This document shows, piece by piece, positions 9,389-18,575 of a stretch of DNA of 37,042 bases. The DNA lies in the NCBI GenBank assembly GCA_964347285.1, contig CAYFYE010000011.1, positions 1 through 37,042 of the forward strand. The letters run 5' to 3'. Every line of letters begins with the position of its first letter. Positions within the stretch are counted from its first letter, which is position 1. Made by a program: the position numbers and the translations under genes. The DNA comes from an uncultured Acidimicrobiia bacterium (GTDB lineage: Bacteria > Actinomycetota > Acidimicrobiia > Spongiisociales > JAOTWH01). The notes beneath the pieces are model-generated. The model saw nothing but the letters and a program-made list of their open reading frames with translations, searched no databases and was not told where the DNA came from.

Positions 9389-11623
9389 TCACATCGATGC
9401 CTCGGCGCCTTCCAGTTTCTCCTCCAGCTCCTCGATGGTCATCAAGACCTCGCGGGCCTTGGAGCCCTCAGAGGGGCCGACGATGCCTCGCCGTTCGAGG
9501 ATATCCATCACCCTGCCGGCCCGGGCAAAGCCGATACGGAGCTTGCGTTGCAACATCGACGTGGAGCCCAGCTGGGAGCGGACCACCAACTCCATTGCCT
9601 GACGGATGACATCGGGATCCTCGCCTTCCCACTCGTCATGGTCCCGGGCCTGTCGCTGGGCCGCCTCGAACACCTCTTCGTCCCGGTAGGCGGTGGTGCG
9701 GTGACGGCGCACCCACTCCACCACGGCATGGATCTCGTCCTCTGAAACCCATGCCCCCTGGATGCGCTCCGGCTTGGGGTCGCGGGCCGTGACCACCAGC
9801 ATGTCGCCCAGCCCGACCAGCTTCTCGGCACCAGCCGAGTCGATGATCACCCGGCTGTCGGCCTGGGAGGCCACCGAAAAGGCGAGGCGCGAGGGAATGT
9901 TGGCCTTGATGACGCCCGTGATCACGTCTACGGAGGGCCGTTGGGTGGCCAGCACCAGGTGGACTCCCACCGCCCGGGCCATCTGGGCGATCCGGACCAC
10001 CGTCTCCTCGACGACCCGGCCGGCCACGATCATGAGGTCGTTGAGCTCATCGACGATCACGGCGATGTAGGGGAAGCGGTCGAAAGCCTCTTCATCCAGT
10101 GCGCCGGCGGCCCACTTCTCCCGGTAGCCGTCGATGTCACGCACCCCGGCCTCGGCGAGAAGCTCGTAGCGGCGTTCCATCTCACCGACCGCCCACTGCA
10201 GGGCACCGGCGGCTTTCTTGGGATTGGTGATCACCCGGGTGAGCAGGTGGGGGATCCCGTTGTACTGACCCAGCTCGACCCGCTTGGGATCCACGAGGAT
10301 CACCCGTACCTCTTCGGGAGTCGTCCGCATCAGGAGCGAGGTCACGATGGCGTTGATGCATGAAGACTTGCCCGCCCCCGTTGCTCCCGCGATGAGGAGG
10401 TGGGGCAACTCGGAGAGGTTGAGCATGTGTGGGGTCCCGTTGATGTTCATACCCAGGCCCACCTGGAGTGGATGGGTGGCCGCCGTCGCTTCCTCACTGC
10501 GCAGCACATCGGCCAACGTCACCAGCTTTCGATGGCGGTTGGGAACCTCGACGCCGATGGCGCTCTTGCCCGGAATGGGTGCCAGCAGCCGCACTTCGGG
10601 TGCCGCCAGGGCGTAGGCGATATCGTGCGACAACCCGGTGACCCGCGACACCTTGACCCCGGCCGCCAGCTCGATCTCGTATCTGGTCACGGTGGGACCG
10701 GGGACGATGCGGACCAGGCGGGCATCGACGCCGTGCTGGCGCAGGGTCCGCTCCAGCTCCCGTCCCGTTTCCTCCAGGGCCCGCCGGCTCGGGGCGCCTT
10801 CGTCTATCGCCGAATGAAGCAGGTCGAGCGGTGGCAGCTGATAACTACCGGTCCCTTCGGGAATGGGCTGCTTGGGAGCTTTGGCCTTGGGTCGTGTCTG
10901 CGGCTGGGCCCGCTTCGGGCGGGCCGGCTGCGGCTTGGGTGTCGGACGACTTCGCGCCCCGGGCCTGGTCCCAGTCGAGTGGACCTCGGGAGTGCGGGAG
11001 CCGTGTGCCCACACGGCCAGCTTCCTGACCGCAGCCAGCAGTGTGAGACCGACCTCGCGCAGGGTGGTCCTGGTGACCACCAGCACGCCAATGCCGGTGA
11101 AGGCAAGAAGGATCGTGAAGGCGCCCCAGAAGCCAACGACCCGGCGCAGCGGGAAGGCGATCAGCGAGCCGACCGCACCACCCCGCTTGGCAACCAACTC
11201 GACGTTGCCGGCCAGCGACAGCGCCCCGGTCATCAGGTGGAAGAGCGCCAGCGAACCCAAAAAGACCATGCCCAGGCCGATGGCAAACCGGCCGTGTTCT
11301 CGGCGAGGAGGACGCACGATCAGCGCCGCGCCGAGGATGACCAGCGCCACCGGTACGACGTAGCCCCACAAGCCGAAGAGCACTTCGAGCACCGTGGCGA
11401 GGGCCCGGCCCACCGGCCCGGCCAAATCGAGATACGCCAGGGCGACCAGGGCACCAGCCACCACGAGCAACAAGCCCCACAGGTCGTCGGTCTGGCGACC
11501 GAGCCGGTCGGAGATTCGCTGCCGCCAGGCCGCCAGCGCGGCACCCGAGCGGCCTTTTCGCTTCGGCGCTGACACCCGCCTCCGCCCGCTTGCCCGGGAG
11601 CGGGGGGATGTCTTGGTGCCCAA
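9389..11623 (-). CDS. ftsK: DNA translocase FtsK
   Basis: N-terminal TM domain, PHLLIAGATGAGKS, VDELNDLM, LATQRPSVDVITG, gamma domain STSMLQRKLRIGFARAGR. Start uncertain (TTG 11623 chosen; ORF open to 11665). Confidence 0.96.
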   Translation of the reverse strand: MGTKTSPRSRASGRRRVSAPKRKGRSGAALAAWRQRISDRLGRQTDDLWGLLLVVAGALVALAYLDLAGPVGRALATVLEVLFGLWGYVVPVALVILGAALIVRPPRREHGRFAIGLGMVFLGSLALFHLMTGALSLAGNVELVAKRGGAVGSLIAFPLRRVVGFWGAFTILLAFTGIGVLVVTRTTLREVGLTLLAAVRKLAVWAHGSRTPEVHSTGTRPGARSRPTPKPQPARPKRAQPQTRPKAKAPKQPIPEGTGSYQLPPLDLLHSAIDEGAPSRRALEETGRELERTLRQHGVDARLVRIVPGPTVTRYEIELAAGVKVSRVTGLSHDIAYALAAPEVRLLAPIPGKSAIGVEVPNRHRKLVTLADVLRSEEATAATHPLQVGLGMNINGTPHMLNLSELPHLLIAGATGAGKSSCINAIVTSLLMRTTPEEVRVILVDPKRVELGQYNGIPHLLTRVITNPKKAAGALQWAVGEMERRYELLAEAGVRDIDGYREKWAAGALDEEAFDRFPYIAVIVDELNDLMIVAGRVVEETVVRIAQMARAVGVHLVLATQRPSVDVITGVIKANIPSRLAFSVASQADSRVIIDSAGAEKLVGLGDMLVVTARDPKPERIQGAWVSEDEIHAVVEWVRRHRTTAYRDEEVFEAAQRQARDHDEWEGEDPDVIRQAMELVVRSQLGSTSMLQRKLRIGFARAGRVMDILERRGIVGPSEGSKAREVLMTIEELEEKLEGAEASM

Positions 11624-11692
11624 GAGAGGATCACCATACCCGCTCAGTGACACCGGGCCAATCACCCCCTGCCGGGATGGTTCTGGTTGTGG

Positions 11693-13324
11693 TCAGACCT
11701 CCAGCACGACCGGGAACACCACCGGCCGTCGCGACGTCTCGCGGCGGATGACCCGGGTGGTGGCCTCTCGGGCGTGGCGGCGGACGGTGTCGGCCTCACA
11801 GGGGCGCTCGAGCCGCTTCAGCTCTTCGGCGACTTCCCTGGCCGCCAGCTCGAGCACCGGCTCCGGCTCGTCGGCGAGGCCGTGACTGTCGAGCGTGGGA
11901 CCCACCAGGATCTCCCCGGTGTGGCCGTCCATCCCGATGGTGACGATCACCACGCCGTCGTCGGCGAGGTGGCGCCGGTCGCGCAGCACGCCGTGAGCGA
12001 CGTCGCCGAGGCCGCTGCCATCGAGGAACACATAGCCGGCCGGCACGGCCCCCGGCTCGTGGCGGATCTCGCCGTCGGCCAGCACGATGGCGTCGCCGTC
12101 CACGCACACGACCACCTCGGGAACTCTCATCTGGCGAGCCAATTTGGCGTGGGCCAACAGGTGGCGATACTCCCCGTGCACAGGAACCAACGCCTCGGGC
12201 CGGACCACGTTGAGGAAGGTGCGCAGCTCCTCCTGGGCCCCGTGTCCCGAGACGTGCACCTCCGCGTTGTGCCCGTGGTAGACGTGCACGCCCCGACGCA
12301 ACAAGCCGTTGATCACCCGACCCACCTTCACCTCGTTGCCGGGAATCGGAGTAGCCGAGATGATCACCGTGTCCCCGGCCTCGAGGTCCACCCAGCGGTG
12401 CTCGCCGGCCGCCATCAAGGACAGGGCGGCGAACGGCTCGCCCTGGCTGCCGGTGCAGATGATGGCTCCATCCTCGGGCGGCAAGGCAAGCACATCGTCG
12501 ACGGGCAGCAAGCGGTCTTGCGGGTAATCGATGATTCCGAGCTCACGGGCGAGCGCCGTGTTGCGTTCCATGGATCGACCTAGGAAGGCGAAGGAGCGGC
12601 CGGCGTCGACGACCGCGTTGACGATCTGCTGCACCCGATGTAGATGGCTGGAGAAGCATGCCGCCACCACGCGCCCCTGCGACTCGACGACCAGTTCGTA
12701 GAGCGGCTGGCTGAGCGATGACTCCGATGGGACGAAGCCGGGCCGCTCAGCGTTGGTGCTGTCGGCCAGCAGCAGGCGCACCCCGCTCGACGCCAGCTCG
12801 GCGAATGCGGGAAGGTCGGTGGGTCGAGCGTCGACCGGGGTCGGATCGAGCTTGAAGTCGCCCGAGTGGACGACGATCCCCTCGGGCGTATCGAACGCCA
12901 CTGCCGCCCCGTGCGGAACGCTGTGGCTCACCTGGATCAGCTGGAAACGGAACGGACCGGCCGTCACCCACTCCCCCAGCTCGACCGGTTGGAGCGTGGC
13001 CTCGACCTCCGCCTCCTCGATGCGGCTCCGAGCCAGTTCCAAGGACAGGGACGTCCCATACACGGGGACGTTGACGTCGCGCAGGAAGAAGGCCAGCGCA
13101 CCGACGTGATCCTCGTGGCCGTGGGTGAGCACCACGCACTCCACGGCGTGGGAACGCTCGACGACCGAAGAGAAGTCGGGGAGCACCAGGTCCACGCCGA
13201 GCATGTCGTCTTCGGGAAACATCAGGCCGCAGTCGATGAGGGCGATGCGGCCGTCGATCTCGATCGACGCGCAATTGCGCCCCACCTCGCCCAAGCCCCC
13301 CAAGAAAGTGATACGAACGCTCAT
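11693..13324 (-). CDS. rnj: Ribonuclease J
   Basis: LGGLGEVGRN, LTHGHEDHVGA, HSGDFKLD, TGSQGEP, HVSGH, PVHGE. Confidence 0.97.
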   Translation of the reverse strand: MSVRITFLGGLGEVGRNCASIEIDGRIALIDCGLMFPEDDMLGVDLVLPDFSSVVERSHAVECVVLTHGHEDHVGALAFFLRDVNVPVYGTSLSLELARSRIEEAEVEATLQPVELGEWVTAGPFRFQLIQVSHSVPHGAAVAFDTPEGIVVHSGDFKLDPTPVDARPTDLPAFAELASSGVRLLLADSTNAERPGFVPSESSLSQPLYELVVESQGRVVAACFSSHLHRVQQIVNAVVDAGRSFAFLGRSMERNTALARELGIIDYPQDRLLPVDDVLALPPEDGAIICTGSQGEPFAALSLMAAGEHRWVDLEAGDTVIISATPIPGNEVKVGRVINGLLRRGVHVYHGHNAEVHVSGHGAQEELRTFLNVVRPEALVPVHGEYRHLLAHAKLARQMRVPEVVVCVDGDAIVLADGEIRHEPGAVPAGYVFLDGSGLGDVAHGVLRDRRHLADDGVVIVTIGMDGHTGEILVGPTLDSHGLADEPEPVLELAAREVAEELKRLERPCEADTVRRHAREATTRVIRRETSRRPVVFPVVLEV

Positions 13325-14202
13325 GCCTGCTGGGCTCGGGCCAGGGCCTCCTTCACCGTCGCGACCGTGCCCGCCTGGGCCGGCACCAGTGGCAATCGCG
13401 GCTCACCCACCGATCCCCACACCTCGTTCATGGCCGCCTTCACCGGAATGGGATTGGGCTCGATGAAGAGGGCATCGAAGAGCGGAATCAGTGCCTGGTG
13501 GATCTTGGTCGCCGTTCCCAGATCCCCCTCCGCCGCAGCACTCACCATCCGTTTCACCTGCGGACCGGCCAGGTGCGACGCCACCGAGACCACACCGACT
13601 CCCCCGGCGACCATCATCGGCAGCGTCAGGTTGTCGGATCCCGAGTAGATAGCCAGAGCTTCGCCGCACGCTTCCCGCTCTTGGGCAGTGAAGCCGAGGT
13701 CCTCCACGGCGTCCTTGACCGCCACGATCCCCGGCGCCTCGGCGAGGCGGGCCAGGGTCTCCACCTCTATCCGCCGCGAGGTACGTCCGGGGATGTTGTA
13801 CAGGAGTACCGGCAGTTCGCTGGCCTCAGCGATGGCCATGAAGTGTCGGTACAAGCCCTCCTGAGGAGGCTTGGAGTAGTAGGGAGTCACCGCCATGACG
13901 GCGTCGCATCCCACCTCGGCCGCTCGGCGGGTGAGCTCGACCGATTCCCTGGTGTCGTAGGTCCCGGTGTTGGCCACGATGGTGGCCTTGCTGCCGACCG
14001 CTTCCACGACCGTGCGGAACATCGCCACTTTCTCATCGGACGACAGCACCGGCGACTCACCGGTCGTGCCCGCCACGACCAGGCCGTCGGAACCGTTGTC
14101 GACCAAGTACTCGGCCAGCTTCCACACCTGGCCGTAGTCCACCTCGCCGCCGGACTCGAATGGGGTGATCATGGCTGTGAGGACTTCACCGAACGGGGCC
14201 AC
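13321..14202 (-). CDS. dapA: 4-hydroxy-tetrahydrodipicolinate synthase
   Basis: TAMITPF, GTTGES, TPYYSKP, LYNIPGR, AVKDA, PNPIPVK. AAGGAGG RBS before GTG 14202. Confidence 0.96.
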   Translation of the reverse strand: MAPFGEVLTAMITPFESGGEVDYGQVWKLAEYLVDNGSDGLVVAGTTGESPVLSSDEKVAMFRTVVEAVGSKATIVANTGTYDTRESVELTRRAAEVGCDAVMAVTPYYSKPPQEGLYRHFMAIAEASELPVLLYNIPGRTSRRIEVETLARLAEAPGIVAVKDAVEDLGFTAQEREACGEALAIYSGSDNLTLPMMVAGGVGVVSVASHLAGPQVKRMVSAAAEGDLGTATKIHQALIPLFDALFIEPNPIPVKAAMNEVWGSVGEPRLPLVPAQAGTVATVKEALARAQQA

Positions 14203-14246
14203 CAGAACCTCCTTGATCCGTACTCGACGGTAGCAGCGGTAATCTC

Positions 14247-14273
14247 GGATCGTTCTGGCCCATTCAGGTGTTG
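14247..14273 (+). promoter_or_regulatory. Possible SigR/SigH-type ECF promoter (GGATC-N18-GTTG) of the thioredoxin gene
   Basis: Imperfect match to GGAAT-N18-GTT, 8 nt before the ATG of a thioredoxin, a classic target of this sigma class. Confidence 0.4.
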
Positions 14274-14281
14274 TGATTGCC

Positions 14282-15115
14282 ATGGAATTCGTCAAAGACG
14301 TCACTACCGAGGACTTCGGGCGGGCCGTCCTCCAGCGCAGTCACAAGATGCCCGTGGTCGTCGACTTCTGGGCCGAGTGGTGCGGCCCATGTCGCACCCT
14401 GGACCCGATGCTGGAGCGGGTGGCCCAAGAGCACGCCGGCGCCTTCGAGCTGGTGAAGGTCGATGTGGACCGCAATCAAGCTCTCGCTCGGCAATTCGGT
14501 GTCCAGGGCATACCGATGGTGCTCGGCTTTCGAGACGGGCAAGCCGTTTCTCGCTTCACCGGCGCCATACCCGAGGCGGCGCTGCGACAGTGGGTCGATG
14601 ACCTTCTCCCCTCGGAGGCCGACCTCGTGGTGGATCGAGCCCGGGACGCCGTCCTGGAGGGGGATCATGACCAGGGCGAGGCCTTGTTCCGGCAGGCCCT
14701 CGAGCACGACGACCGCCACCAGGACGCCGCCACCGGCCTCGCCTCTCTGCTGATCGCACGCGGCCAGACCGAGGAGGCCCTCATCGTGCTGGGCAAGCTG
14801 TCCCCCACTGCAGAGGTGGAGCGACTCCAGGCGGCCGCCCGAGTGACCGCTTCCCAAGAATCCGATGTCCCCGCCCTCGAAGCCAAGCTGGAGGCCGATG
14901 CTTCCGACCAGCAAGCCCGTTTGGAGCTGGGCCGGGCGCTGGCAGCCAAGGCCGAGTTCGAGCCCGCCCTGGACCACCTGCTCGCCGTGGTGGCATCGCG
15001 AGGCGACTCTCGGGAAGAGGCTCGTCGGGTTATGCTCGACATCTTCGACCTGCTCGGCGCCGACCATCCACTCGCCGTCGAGTATCGCCGCAAGCTCGCC
15101 AGCGAGCTGTTCTAG
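14282..15115 (+). CDS. Thioredoxin-TPR co-chaperone (YbbN/CnoX-like) with intact WCGPC
   Basis: VVVDFWAEWCGPC, GVQGIP, C-terminal TPR repeats ending YRRKLASELF. Confidence 0.92.
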   Translation: MEFVKDVTTEDFGRAVLQRSHKMPVVVDFWAEWCGPCRTLDPMLERVAQEHAGAFELVKVDVDRNQALARQFGVQGIPMVLGFRDGQAVSRFTGAIPEAALRQWVDDLLPSEADLVVDRARDAVLEGDHDQGEALFRQALEHDDRHQDAATGLASLLIARGQTEEALIVLGKLSPTAEVERLQAAARVTASQESDVPALEAKLEADASDQQARLELGRALAAKAEFEPALDHLLAVVASRGDSREEARRVMLDIFDLLGADHPLAVEYRRKLASELF

Positions 15116-15124
15116 GGACCGACC

Positions 15125-15160
15125 TCATCCTTTCGGAAAAGTCATCCTTTCGGAAAAGTC
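15125..15160. repeat. Exact 17-bp tandem duplication (TCATCCTTTCGGAAAAG x2 + TC)
   Basis: Copies at 15125-15141 and 15142-15158, read directly from the sequence. Confidence 0.9.
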
Positions 15161-15212
15161 CGGCGGTTGTGGCCGTGCGACATCACCTTGGTCGGTCGAA
15201 CCGGGAGCCCCC

Positions 15213-15251
15213 CAGGCGGGCCGGCCGCCCCTACCGAACCGGCCCCGCCTG
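15213..15251. terminator. GC-rich stem-loop between convergent genes
   Basis: CAGGCGGG-CCGG ... CCGG-CCCCGCCTG, 12-bp stem with a 1-nt bulge, just past the lipoprotein stop. Confidence 0.5.
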
Positions 15252-15258
15252 ATCCGTT

Positions 15259-16338
15259 CTAGGCAGCCGCGCTGGTCTCGCCGAGCCGCATGATCATGTC
15301 CAGCGACACGTCGAGCTTCATGGATCCGGAACCTTCCGGAGAGTCGAACTTCATGTCCATGACCATGTCGGTTGTACCGCTGGTACGGACCATCAGCCCG
15401 GCACCGGGATCGAACCACGTCGTCACCTCGATCGACGGAAACTCCATGGCGATATTGAATTCGATGCCCATGTTCTCGAACTCCCGCATGCCGAACTCGG
15501 CGAAGGCAAGGTCCGACTCGCTCATGCCGTAGGGGGCGGGATCCATCTCGGTGAACGCCTTGATCATGTCTTCGAGATCGAGCTCGATGGGGGCGACGTC
15601 GGTGCTCGATTCGATCACCAGCGTGTCGCGGCCCCCGACCTCCTCGGCTTCGACGACGCGGTGATGGGTCACCGCGGTTATCGCCCCGAAGCCGGGAATC
15701 TCTTGAGTGTTCTCCGTGCTCCACTCGGCCCCGATGCGCAGCTGCTCTTCGGGAAAGGTGGGACCGAACAGCGCCCCGAAGGTACCCAAGCCGGTCGGGT
15801 CGAACCCGCCGCCGAGACCGCTCAGGAACTCGGTGGGAACCGTGACATCACCCGAACGCATCTCGAGCACGTTGCCCTGCTCGTCGAGGACGACCACCAT
15901 CTCGGGGATCATCCCTTCGGTGCCGGCCAGCTCGGTGAGGTCGGAGGCAGGCAGCAGGTCGGCCAGGGACTCCCCATCGATGCTGAACTCGCCAAACGTG
16001 ACGTTGTCGATCGAAGGCTGCAGCAAAATCTCGACCGTGCCTGGGTCGGGGCCGGCCCCGACCGCGTAGTCGAGGGCCCCCTCGGCCTGCATGGTCATCG
16101 CCATGTTCTCGAAATCGCCCACCCCGCTGAAGTCGCCGTTGCCCTGCATCGACATGTCCATGCTGAAGTCGTAGCCCAGAGTGGTGTCGGGGTCGTAGGA
16201 GTAGGCGAGGGTCATTGCCTCCCCCTCGGTGCCCTGGCGAACCCCGGCATCGGCATCCCGACCGGCGCCCTCCCCCGAACCGCACGCCACAACCACCAGT
16301 GACAGGGCGGCCAATACCGCCGGGAATCGCACGCGCAT
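15259..16338 (-). CDS. Hypothetical acidic lipoprotein
   Basis: Signal peptide and lipobox (MRVRFPAVLAALSLVVVA-C), AAGGAGG RBS, acidic and beta-strand-like body. Confidence 0.85.
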   Translation of the reverse strand: MRVRFPAVLAALSLVVVACGSGEGAGRDADAGVRQGTEGEAMTLAYSYDPDTTLGYDFSMDMSMQGNGDFSGVGDFENMAMTMQAEGALDYAVGAGPDPGTVEILLQPSIDNVTFGEFSIDGESLADLLPASDLTELAGTEGMIPEMVVVLDEQGNVLEMRSGDVTVPTEFLSGLGGGFDPTGLGTFGALFGPTFPEEQLRIGAEWSTENTQEIPGFGAITAVTHHRVVEAEEVGGRDTLVIESSTDVAPIELDLEDMIKAFTEMDPAPYGMSESDLAFAEFGMREFENMGIEFNIAMEFPSIEVTTWFDPGAGLMVRTSGTTDMVMDMKFDSPEGSGSMKLDVSLDMIMRLGETSAAA

Positions 16339-16395
16339 GTCCCTCCTTGGGCTCGGTTCTCCTCGTTTCTTCGGACGGTTGAGGCCCGGACTTGA

Positions 16396-17157
16396 CTAGT
16401 CGAGGCCGAGGAGCCCCTCGAGGCCCACGGTGACTCCGGGTCGGTCGGCCACCTGCCGCACCGCCAGCAGAACTCCGGGAATGAACGATGCCCGGTCCGT
16501 CGTGTCGTGACGGATCGTGAGGATCTGGCCCTCGCCGCCCAGGATCACCTCCTGATGGGCCAGCAAGCCGGGTAGGCGCACTGCGTGCACCCGCACCTCG
16601 TCGACTGCGGCACCGCGGGCTCCGGGGACCAGTTCCTCCGACTCGGCGGCCCGGCGTTGGGCAGCGGCGCCGCCGATCCGGGCCGCAGTGGCCAATGCGG
16701 TGCCCGAAGGGGCATCGGCCTTGCGATCGTGGTGCAGTTCCACCACTTCGGCGGCCGAGAAATGGGGGGCAGCCTTCTCGGCGAAATACATCATCAGCAC
16801 CGCCCCGATCGAGAAGTTGGGGGCCACCATGCAGTTGGGCGGTCCCGGGCCCCACAGTTCCTCCAGCTGGGCGAGTCGGGCGGCATCGAAGCCCGAGGTT
16901 CCCACAACCGCGTGGACGCCGCGCTCTCGCCATGACGCCAGGTTGTCCATGACCACCGCCGGGTTGGTGAACTCGACCACGACCTCGGCGCCGGCCACGG
17001 CGGCCGGATCGTCCGCAACGGCGAGTCCGGCGATCTCGACTCCGCCGTGGTGGGGGTCGTACAGGGAAACCAGCTGCAGGTCGGAGGCCTGATCGACTGC
17101 CGCGGCGACCAGCCGACCCATCTGGCCGGCCGCTCCCGATACCGCCACCCGGATCAT
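16396..17157 (-). CDS. dapB: 4-hydroxy-tetrahydrodipicolinate reductase
   Basis: VSGAAGQMG, VVGTSG, APNFSIG, ELHHDRKADAPSGTA. Confidence 0.97.
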   Translation of the reverse strand: MIRVAVSGAAGQMGRLVAAAVDQASDLQLVSLYDPHHGGVEIAGLAVADDPAAVAGAEVVVEFTNPAVVMDNLASWRERGVHAVVGTSGFDAARLAQLEELWGPGPPNCMVAPNFSIGAVLMMYFAEKAAPHFSAAEVVELHHDRKADAPSGTALATAARIGGAAAQRRAAESEELVPGARGAAVDEVRVHAVRLPGLLAHQEVILGGEGQILTIRHDTTDRASFIPGVLLAVRQVADRPGVTVGLEGLLGLD

Positions 17158-18404
17158 GCGACGAACTCGCCCAGGTCCTCGGCCTGGAAGGGACCGGTGG
17201 CGCCGATGACTCGCGGGGTGCCGAATACTTCTGCAGCGAGAACGGCCACATCACCCCCGGTCACCGCCTCCACTCGCTCGACGATCTCGTCCACGCTGAG
17301 GTGCTCCACCCCGGTCAGCTCATTGCGGCCCAGCCGGGACATCCGGCTGTTGGCATCTTCCATCGCAAGGGCCAGGCTTCCCTTCGTGTGGCCCTTGGCC
17401 CGCTCCAGCTCCTCCTCGGTGATGCCGTCGGCGGCGACTTTGTCCAGCTCGTCGTTGACGAGCCTCAGCACATCAGCAGTCTGGCTGGGGGTCGTCCCCA
17501 CATAGACCCCGTAGGCCCCGGAGTCGGCATGGGGCCAGCGGAACATGTAGACCGCGTAAGCCAGGCCCCGCTTCTCGCGGATTTCACGAAAGAGGCGCGA
17601 GGACATCCCGCCGCCCATGACGTGGGCGAGAACGCCGAACGCAAAACGGCGCTCGTCGTCCCTGGTCAGGCCCTCGCCTCCCAGCACCAGGTGAGCTTGC
17701 TCGGTGTCGCGATGCTCCACCTTGACGCGCGGTTCCACCGGAGCCGGGCGGTGGCTGTGGTCCACCTCGTCTCCCGAGAATCCATCGAAGCGCTCCGCGA
17801 TCTCCTCGACCACGGCTTGGTGGTCGAGGTTGCCGGTCACCGCCACGACGAGCGAGGGCCCGCCATAGCGTCGGCGCCAGTAGTTGGCGATGGTGTCCCG
17901 GCTCATCTCGGCAATGGAATCCTTGGTACCCAGTACCGGAAACTCGAGGAGGTGACCTTCCCACAAAGCTCGGGCAAAACGTTCGTAGGCCACGTCGGTG
18001 GGATCGTCCTCATTCATGTTGATTTCTTCCAATACCACATGGCGCTCGGAGTCGATTTCGTCCTGGCGAAACGCCGGGCGCTGGATCATCTCGGCCAGCA
18101 GCTCCACCCCGAGGGGAAGGTCGGCGTCACGCATCCTGGCCCAATAGCACGTGTACTCCTTCGACGTGAACGCATTGGATTGGGCGCCGACGGCGTCGAA
18201 CGCTTGGGCTATGTCCTGGGCGCTGAGTTCCTCCGTCCCCTTGAAGAGCAGGTGCTCGAGGAAGTGGGAACAGCCGGCTTCGACGGGAGTCTCGTCCCTG
18301 CTGCCGGTATCGACCCAGCAGCCGATTGCGATGGAGCGCACTTCGGGCATCTGCTCGGTGATGACACGGATTCCGCCCGGCAGCGTGGTCAGTTCGTAGT
18401 GCAC
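17154..18404 (-). CDS. M16 (pitrilysin) family zinc peptidase
   Basis: HFLEHLLFKGT (HxxEH), NAFTSKEYTCY, GGGMSSRLFREIREKRGLAY. Confidence 0.95.
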   Translation of the reverse strand: MHYELTTLPGGIRVITEQMPEVRSIAIGCWVDTGSRDETPVEAGCSHFLEHLLFKGTEELSAQDIAQAFDAVGAQSNAFTSKEYTCYWARMRDADLPLGVELLAEMIQRPAFRQDEIDSERHVVLEEINMNEDDPTDVAYERFARALWEGHLLEFPVLGTKDSIAEMSRDTIANYWRRRYGGPSLVVAVTGNLDHQAVVEEIAERFDGFSGDEVDHSHRPAPVEPRVKVEHRDTEQAHLVLGGEGLTRDDERRFAFGVLAHVMGGGMSSRLFREIREKRGLAYAVYMFRWPHADSGAYGVYVGTTPSQTADVLRLVNDELDKVAADGITEEELERAKGHTKGSLALAMEDANSRMSRLGRNELTGVEHLSVDEIVERVEAVTGGDVAVLAAEVFGTPRVIGATGPFQAEDLGEFVA

Positions 18405-18575
18405 CGCGGCGATATTAGGGACCGGCGCCGACAGCGGCCGAGTGGGGCCGAAGGATCGAGCAAAGAAACCGGCCGCGGGGCTCGCCGATCCCGTGTAAGT
18501 TGGGGTTGGTAGGACGTGACATTGGGCGAGGAAAGGTAGGGCGATCGGGCCCGATCCAGACCCGGTAGGAGGTAG

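Noticed and set aside
11633..11652. TGTCAC upstream of ftsK as a third PafBC-like site
   Set aside because: Spacing to the nearest TAnnnT (TATGGT) is 8 nt rather than 10.
14203..14281. Lysine riboswitch upstream of dapA
   Set aside because: The divergent intergenic region is only about 80 bp, too short for the aptamer.
15125..15160. Tandem repeat as a CRISPR remnant
   Set aside because: Two adjacent 17-bp units with no spacer, and no cas genes in the window.
18405..18575. Riboswitch or ncRNA in the divergent intergenic region
   Set aside because: No recognisable aptamer consensus by eye. The region is consistent with two divergent promoters, and an Rfam scan would be needed to say more.
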